Of a stretch of 64,000 bases of DNA, positions 56,351 to 64,000 are shown one piece after another. A program made the translations under genes and the position numbers. The DNA is from Chrysomallon squamiferum (taxonomy: Eukaryota > Animalia > Mollusca). Numbering within the stretch: the stretch's first letter is position 1; every line of letters begins with the position of its first letter. The notes under the pieces were generated by a model. That model was given only the letters and a program-made list of their open reading frames with translations, was not told the DNA's origin and did not search any database. The DNA is taken from assembly GCA_012295275.1 (NCBI GenBank), contig CM022669.1, positions 12,958,001 to 13,022,000 on the forward strand. The letters run 5' to 3'.

Positions 56351-56759
56351 GATATAGATATATAAAGATATATAGATAAATATATATATTTGCTCACTTA
56401 CATGTGTTCATCTCAGTTTGAACCAACTTAAACTGGAATAAGAAATTAAAAAAAAGTTTTAAAAAGTTATACTATGGCCTGTTAATTACTGTACGCAAGC
56501 ATACATTAAAGTATTATCAGTTAAGTAAGAAAACTGCACAGAAAAATTACCGTTCATTTGATAAGAGAGTCGCATTTACTGGCAGTTAACACATATATTG
56601 CAACATTACTTAGTTCAAAAATAACAAACTATCCCGCCATAGGTATGTTTATTTATATTACATGAGACAGTCATATTTACAGTGATCTGAATCAATCGGA
56701 TGCACCTTCTCTTAAATATGATAATTACATAGTTTTATATACTTATATGTCAGTATTTC

Positions 56760-56782
56760 ATTTATTATTATCATTATTATTA

Positions 56783-56828
<46 letters not shown>

Positions 56829-56843
56829 TACTATTACTATTAC

Positions 56844-56919
<76 letters not shown>
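56760..56919. repeat. (TTA)n microsatellite
   Basis: Directly visible. Confidence 0.95.
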
Positions 56920-57768
56920 TAACTTTTCTCTTCTTTTTTTTTTTTTTCTTTTACAATGAACAGCTATTTAAACCAAAACTATTTCTTTATCTATTTAAAC
57001 GAACAGTTCATTTAAATAACACCATCTATTTAACTGTTATCTAACCTATCTGTCTAAACTATCTAAACGTCGGTCAAGGTAACACAGATTGCTAGAACTT
57101 CTTCTGCCTCAGAAGTCAGCTGAGGCGGGCAATAGCTGTGGTTCTGGACGTTGTTAAATATTTAGTACATAAAAAAAAGAAGAAAACACATCCACAGCTG
57201 TGTTATGTTCCTAATGCACGCACCTGCTGCCGAGTCGTTTCGCCAGTAAACAGTCGACATTCAAAATTAATACAAATCGATTGGTCCTGCGAGTTGCAGT
57301 GAAGATCAAAACACGAAGACGTGGGTGAAGACAAAACTCTGGTGGTTAGAACTTGCAGACCAATTAAGACTTTTGAGAAGAAAAAAAAAAAAAAGAGAAG
57401 GAGAAGAAGAAGAAGAAAAGACAGGTAAAGTAATTATTAAAAGTAAAGATAAAAAAATAAAATTGATGAAATTCCTTCAGTTGTAGTCTCAAAAGGTGGT
57501 TTTTAATTTACGTTTTGGGGTTGTTGTTTTTTGTTGTTTTTTTCTTTTTAACAGCGTCATGTTAATTTGAAATAGCTTTTGAAATCTTCGTTTGTGTAAC
57601 CTGTCTGTATGTCTTATATGTATCTGTCTGTCTAATACATACATACATAATATATATCTATATATACAGACACACACATACATACATACACACACACGTA
57701 CAACTACATAAACATATATAAATAAAAAGATATATACATATATACATACATGCATATCTACACACACT

Positions 57769-57823
<55 letters not shown>

Positions 57824-58122
57824 GCATATGTAGATCCCATGCATAAGCACAAATTTCTGAACATACAAAATAGACACATTTTGTAGAGATATCCGTATAT
57901 ATCGTATGTCCTGGACCACACACATACAAAACAATATCCTCTCAATAACACATCGCATATATGCAAAGTTATGCATAAGAAAGATTTCAGGTACATACTA
58001 AGGATCACTGTATCGTGCTTTGCATAGTTTGTGAAAAGTAATTTTGGAAAGATTGAAACACAATTCCCAAAAATTCTCAAAAAAAAAAAAAAAAAAAAAT
58101 GGGAAAAAAAAAAAAACGAGAG

Positions 58123-58214
<92 letters not shown>

Positions 58215-59215
58215 AAGGGACATCATCGAATTGTGCGGATCAAATCAGTAAGATTCAGCCAGTTATTTCCCTTGTTCAGATAAATTTAATTTCTCGTTGT
58301 CTTTTTTTTTTATCGAGAATAAAAGTAAAATGAATTTAAAAAAAATGATAATTGTAATCGTGAAAATAAATAAATAAATAAATCAGATTAAAGAAAAGAT
58401 AGAGAACGAGAGAGAGGGAGAGAGAGGGAGAGAGAGAGAGAGGGGGAGGGGGAGGAAGAAAAGAGGGGAAGATGAGAGCGAAATATCAGATATCTCTGGC
58501 AACTCAGTCTTATGTCGGCATTTACAATAACACATTTATCTGTTATTTGGTATAAATCATTAATATCTGGAAAGAGAGCAAAGACCTCTGGTGTGGATTT
58601 TATTGTCTTCAGCGTTTTAACAAACAACTGTCCTGACTAACATCAAAGGGTTCCTGTCCAATACTTCGTACCTGAACTTAGATGAATTATAAATTAGCAG
58701 CGAAATGGACTAAACTGAACTCACCTCGAACTGCAGTTTGCACTTGGTGATATGTGGCGGAAGAGAAAGAAGGAGTGTTAAAGAATTATCGATCTGGATG
58801 ACAACAACAACAACAACAACAGCAACAAAACACATTATTATTTTTTTATTAATTTTAAAATCAATAAAATTGGATGAAAAAATACACACACAAAACGCGC
58901 GCACACACAACACACACATGCGCTTGTACATGTGTGTGTATGTATATATAACTATTCACGCATACAATCTATACGTATGTAAATATATATATCAGTTTTC
59001 ATACACACGTAAGCATATACAATCATGCATAATTACATAGACATATAAACACAATTATACAAACAATCACAAATAACAGAGAGACAAATAAAAAGAAAGA
59101 ATGAACAAATCATATACAGCCACCTTTTGAGTATGTATTTCTTCACATAACCACACACCACACTCAACCATCCATACAGACAACCAACTCACAAACGTGC
59201 ACGTTTTATTTCATA

Positions 59216-59258
<43 letters not shown>

Positions 59259-59455
59259 TAGAGAATAAGAGAGTAAAAGAAATACAGATTCATACACACA
59301 CAAACACATATAAAATAAAACATTTTATAGCAGAAGTCACACATTAACATACACACACAGAGATTCTCTCACATGTGTGCACGTGTGTTTGTGGCTTCTA
59401 CATGCTTTATCTTATATCTATGTATGTGTCTGTATCGTTGTAAAACAGTGGGAAT

Positions 59456-59561
<106 letters not shown>

Positions 59562-60026
59562 GAAATTCACCTGTATAATGTTATAGACTATTTCCGCGTC
59601 TTTTCATTTCTTCATCATCTTGACAGGTTTAGCGTTGTTAAGCTCGGGATTTATTCCTATCTGTTTACACATTCCGCATTAATAGTGACTGTTTCTTTCG
59701 GAATCCAATTACAGTAAGTAAAAATAGTCATAATACACAATCAATACACGGTGTATGTACCTGGATGATTGGTATATGACCAACTGTTTGCTTTAGTCAT
59801 TAGAGGAAGAAATGAAAGGGAAAATAAAATTAAAATATTTATTCTAACTACACTCTCATTTTGCGGTTTTGCTTTTTGTTGGTTTTGAAATTGTGTTATT
59901 AAGGCAGAGAGTGATAAGAGGGATAATGGTGGTTTGTATGTATGTGTGTATGTGTGTCTGTATGTATGTATGTGTGTATGTATGTATGTGTGTGTGTGCA
60001 TATATGTATGTATTTATTTATATGTT

Positions 60027-60075
<49 letters not shown>

Positions 60076-60682
60076 ATGTTTGTGTATATGTATGTCTGTA
60101 TGTACGTATAACAATAGCAAAGCAACAATAACAACAACAGTAAAATAAAATAAAGTAATTAAATAAATAAATAAGTAAATAAATAAATTAAAAAATAATA
60201 ATAATTAATTAATTAATTAATAATAATAATAATAATAATAATGATAATAATAATAATAATAACAGATATTCTTTCATATTTGTCGTGTCTTATTTTAATT
60301 TTTGTAGGTGGAAAAGACCTACTTTATTTTAAGTATATTTTATGACGTTGTGTAAAAAGTGTTTAATATCCCACGCCGTTCTAGCTAAGTACTTTTTTTT
60401 TTTTTTTTTTTTTTTTTTGTTCTTATCACAGCAGCCTGTTTCCTTTTAGTGCAGTTTTATTTTTGTTTTATTTCAGTCTGTTTCTGAATATAATACACTA
60501 GCTTCATTGGTCGAGTTACAAGAAAATAAGACTTTCTGTATATGAGTTTATTTTAGTGGGTGGGTAGTGGGTGGTCTTGTGATTGAGTTTATGTAAGTGT
60601 ATATGAGTGGGAGTGCGACTGTGTATGTGTATGTATGACAGAGAGAGAGAGTGAGAGAGAGAGAGAGAGGGAGGGAGGGAGG

Positions 60683-60749
<67 letters not shown>

Positions 60750-62138
60750 AAATATATTAAAAGCCCTTACCTCTGAGACAGACAATCCTCTAAGAACAAC
60801 GTTATTACGTCAATAATGGAATGACGTCACATAGCAACATAGCGCGGTAACCTAAAGAGACCTTAATTTGGGGTTCTTAGATATTAACAGCAGAGCAACA
60901 AATACTAGCAACAGCATACGAGGACTGTATGAAGGTGAGTTATGGAAATATGTTATAATCTTTATTTTAATTATGTCTTAGTGTTTTGATACTAACAGCC
61001 GAATGGCAAATGTGTTTGCTATAATTGCACTTGCGATGATTTGAATAGGTGAATCTATGTATTTGTGTATATGTATGTATGTATGTCTGTATGTATGTAT
61101 GTATGTATGTATGTATGTATGTATATATGTATGTATGTAGGAGTGTTGCATGATTATATATATCTGTGTCCATATATATACATGTGTGTGATTGTCTGTA
61201 TGTATGTAGGTAGGTATATATGTGTATGTACGTATATATGTATATAAAAATATTCACTTATCTTTCTTTCCATTATATATATAATGACAGTCTCAAATTG
61301 AGAAAACTATATATTAAGTTTTCTATGTCAGTGTTCTCGTATTTTAAACTAAAAAAGGAAAGTGAAAAACATAGTTCTACCATTAAGACACAATTTATTA
61401 TTGCTAAACACTCGAGACGGCCTTGGTAAAAGCTTGGAAAGTAATTAACAGTATATTTCAAGATTGCTTTAACAATAGAGAAATCATTTTCAACCCGATT
61501 CAAAAATGTCATTTCATGATTTCATGACCACAAATACAAAAAATAGGATTTCATGGGGAAAACAAAACCAAATAAAAAAAATAATAAAAAAATTAAATTC
61601 TTTTTAAAGAAATAAAGTGCTTATTTCGACATAATTATTTACCTGTATTTTGCATTTTATGTAGGTTTTAGCGTGGGCGATATAGCGGTTACTCGTGTTG
61701 TTTATTCATGTTTACTCGTGTATGTATAGATGTATGTATTGTGTTATTATCTTATTGTGTAGAAACACGAGGTTACAGCGTTTATGTGTCTGGGTATGAT
61801 TGTAGTCTTTGTCTGGTGCGTCTGTGTGTCTGTGTGTGTATGTGTGTTAACTTGTTTCTTTTTTCAAATTTTAAACAAAGTTTTTTAAAGCAAATCATCT
61901 TTCTTTTTCCTGATTTTCGTTAATTTTCTTTCGACTTATTCTATTTATTTATTTATATAATTGTTGTTGTTTTTTTTCAGTTACTCAGGCACAAAAAAGG
62001 ACAATTCTAATTATAAATAACTGATATTCATTTATTATCATATGGGGCTGAAAAAAGGGAAAACAAAGATAAGTAACGTTTGTATGAACAAAATTTGATC
62101 ATTATTACGACAGCTTCTAAAATAATTATTAATTGTTC

Positions 62139-62230
<92 letters not shown>

Positions 62231-62420
62231 CTGAGTCTGTCCATCTCATGGTATATCTAAAACTATATATATCTTATCTGTCTTTCTATTGCTGCCTGCC
62301 TGTATCTCTGTATGTCTGTTTCTCCGTTTGTCTGTCTATCACTCTATTTCTTTCTCATCTGTACAGAAGATATGAATAACAAGGACAAATACAAATAAAT
62401 GAGTACGCGCTCGCACATAC

Positions 62421-62463
<43 letters not shown>

Positions 62464-64000
62464 CAGGTACAGGCGCATCAGATAACATAATGAGAAGGCA
62501 CAGTAAAAGTAAAAGTTCATACTTTGTTTTTATTTCAGATTTTTTTTTAAAATTCCTTAATCATTTTATCGTCATGGTTTATTATACAGTACAAAAGCTT
62601 TATTACAAAAGGAAATATTTATTTCAGATTTTTTTTTCCTTTTTTTTTCTCCATTAATAACAAGAAACATAAAAAGAAGAAGAAAAAAAATATTTTATTA
62701 AATATCTTTCTTTTTTTTTTACTTTTTTTTTTTTTTTTTTTTCCGTTTCCTCCCTTTTCCTTTCTTATGAGGAAGCTGTTGAGTACACAGTTATAGTTAA
62801 TCATTATTCTTTATGTTTATCGACTGGTATTGGAAAAATACAAAACTGAGAACACGTTATCAATAAATACGACGATGACACATTTTGTCAGACCCTAAAC
62901 TGACAGTAAAAGACAAGAACAGAGAGAAAGCGACAATTCAAAATTAACAAAAGATATAAAAAGTGAAATAAAATAAACGATCCTTTTAATTAAATTAAAT
63001 AAATAAATGAATAAATAAATAAATGAATGAATGATACTTTTATTAAACGAACAAAAAATAATAATAATAATAATAAAAAAAATTAATAATAAAAATATGA
63101 TGCCGGGAGAGAACTTTGTTAAGTAAGCACTTAACGGCAACATTTTTCTTTCTTTTTTTTTTTTTTTTTTCTTTTTTTTTTTTTTTTCAGACCGTTAGCT
63201 TTTTCGCGGAGACTTACGCTGGACAATGGCTGATTTGAAGATCATTGTAAAATAAATAATTACTACAGCTAAAAGTGTGCTCGAATCTGAAACTGACGCA
63301 AATGAGTAACGTACCGTTATGATTGACAGGCTGAATAATTGATTTCACTTTTCAGCGAGGCGAAATCGATGAGATTTTGGTGTAGAACGTTAAATTAGCG
63401 CAAAACTTCAAACAAACATTGAAGTCGCCGACAATGCAGTATTGACATCTTTTTAATGGAAAACGTTTGCATTTGTTGATGAGACAGTAATGTCGGACAT
63501 TTTTTTTTTTTTTTTTTTTTTTTTTCCCCTTTTTAATTTACGATTGGTTCGTAATCTTTACAAATTAACAAATGCAGTATTAATCAAGGTAAGTAGTTAA
63601 TGTGTTTGTTGAAAGGTAATGTCTTTTAACAGCCAGCAAAATGCTTCCTTTTTAATCGATCAGGTAAAAAGGGCAGAGGGTGCGTGGAAAATACGGTGAA
63701 TTAAAAACTCGGATATTTTCACGTTAAGAGAAGATTAGTAATATTTCTACCTAAAGAAAAGAACAGATACAGCTACGATCGTGTGTAAATGCTTACGTGT
63801 GTGTGTATGTGTCTTTATGTGTGTATGTATGTATTATATCTCTGTATGTATGCAAGTGTGTTTATATATGTGGATATGTCTATCTGTGTATCAGTGCTTA
63901 TGTCTATGTTTGCATATGTATGCACTGGTATATCTGAATAGTTAAGTAGGTTTGTTTATTATGATTTTTATTATTATTATTATTATTATGATTACTTCGT

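Overview
This is an AT-rich, microsatellite-saturated eukaryotic (invertebrate-like) region. I cannot recognise any protein-coding gene in it. Nearly all ORFs in the track are translations of simple repeats or short random open frames. The window alternates SSR/homopolymer blocks with 0.2-0.6 kb complex, CpG-retaining islands, which fits a gene desert or very long intron. Supportable features are: many SSRs; degenerate minisatellites (36 bp at 10.5 kb, 44 bp at 14.2-15.1 kb, others); several local inverted duplications (best: 121-bp arms, 6 mismatches, flanked by (TA)n, at 37.8-38.1 kb); one clear old tRNA-derived SINE on the minus strand (41.4-41.6 kb) plus weaker relics; a helically phased triple CRE cluster (30.06 kb); and two promoter-like CpG-rich islands (43.2-43.6 kb, 51.8-52.1 kb). 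From memory the SINE resembles gastropod Meta-domain SINEs, which would suggest a mollusc; this is unverified. I found no convincing novel biological system. The most interesting pattern is recurrent fold-back duplication at (TA)n tracts and SSR polarity switches. All counts were made by eye.
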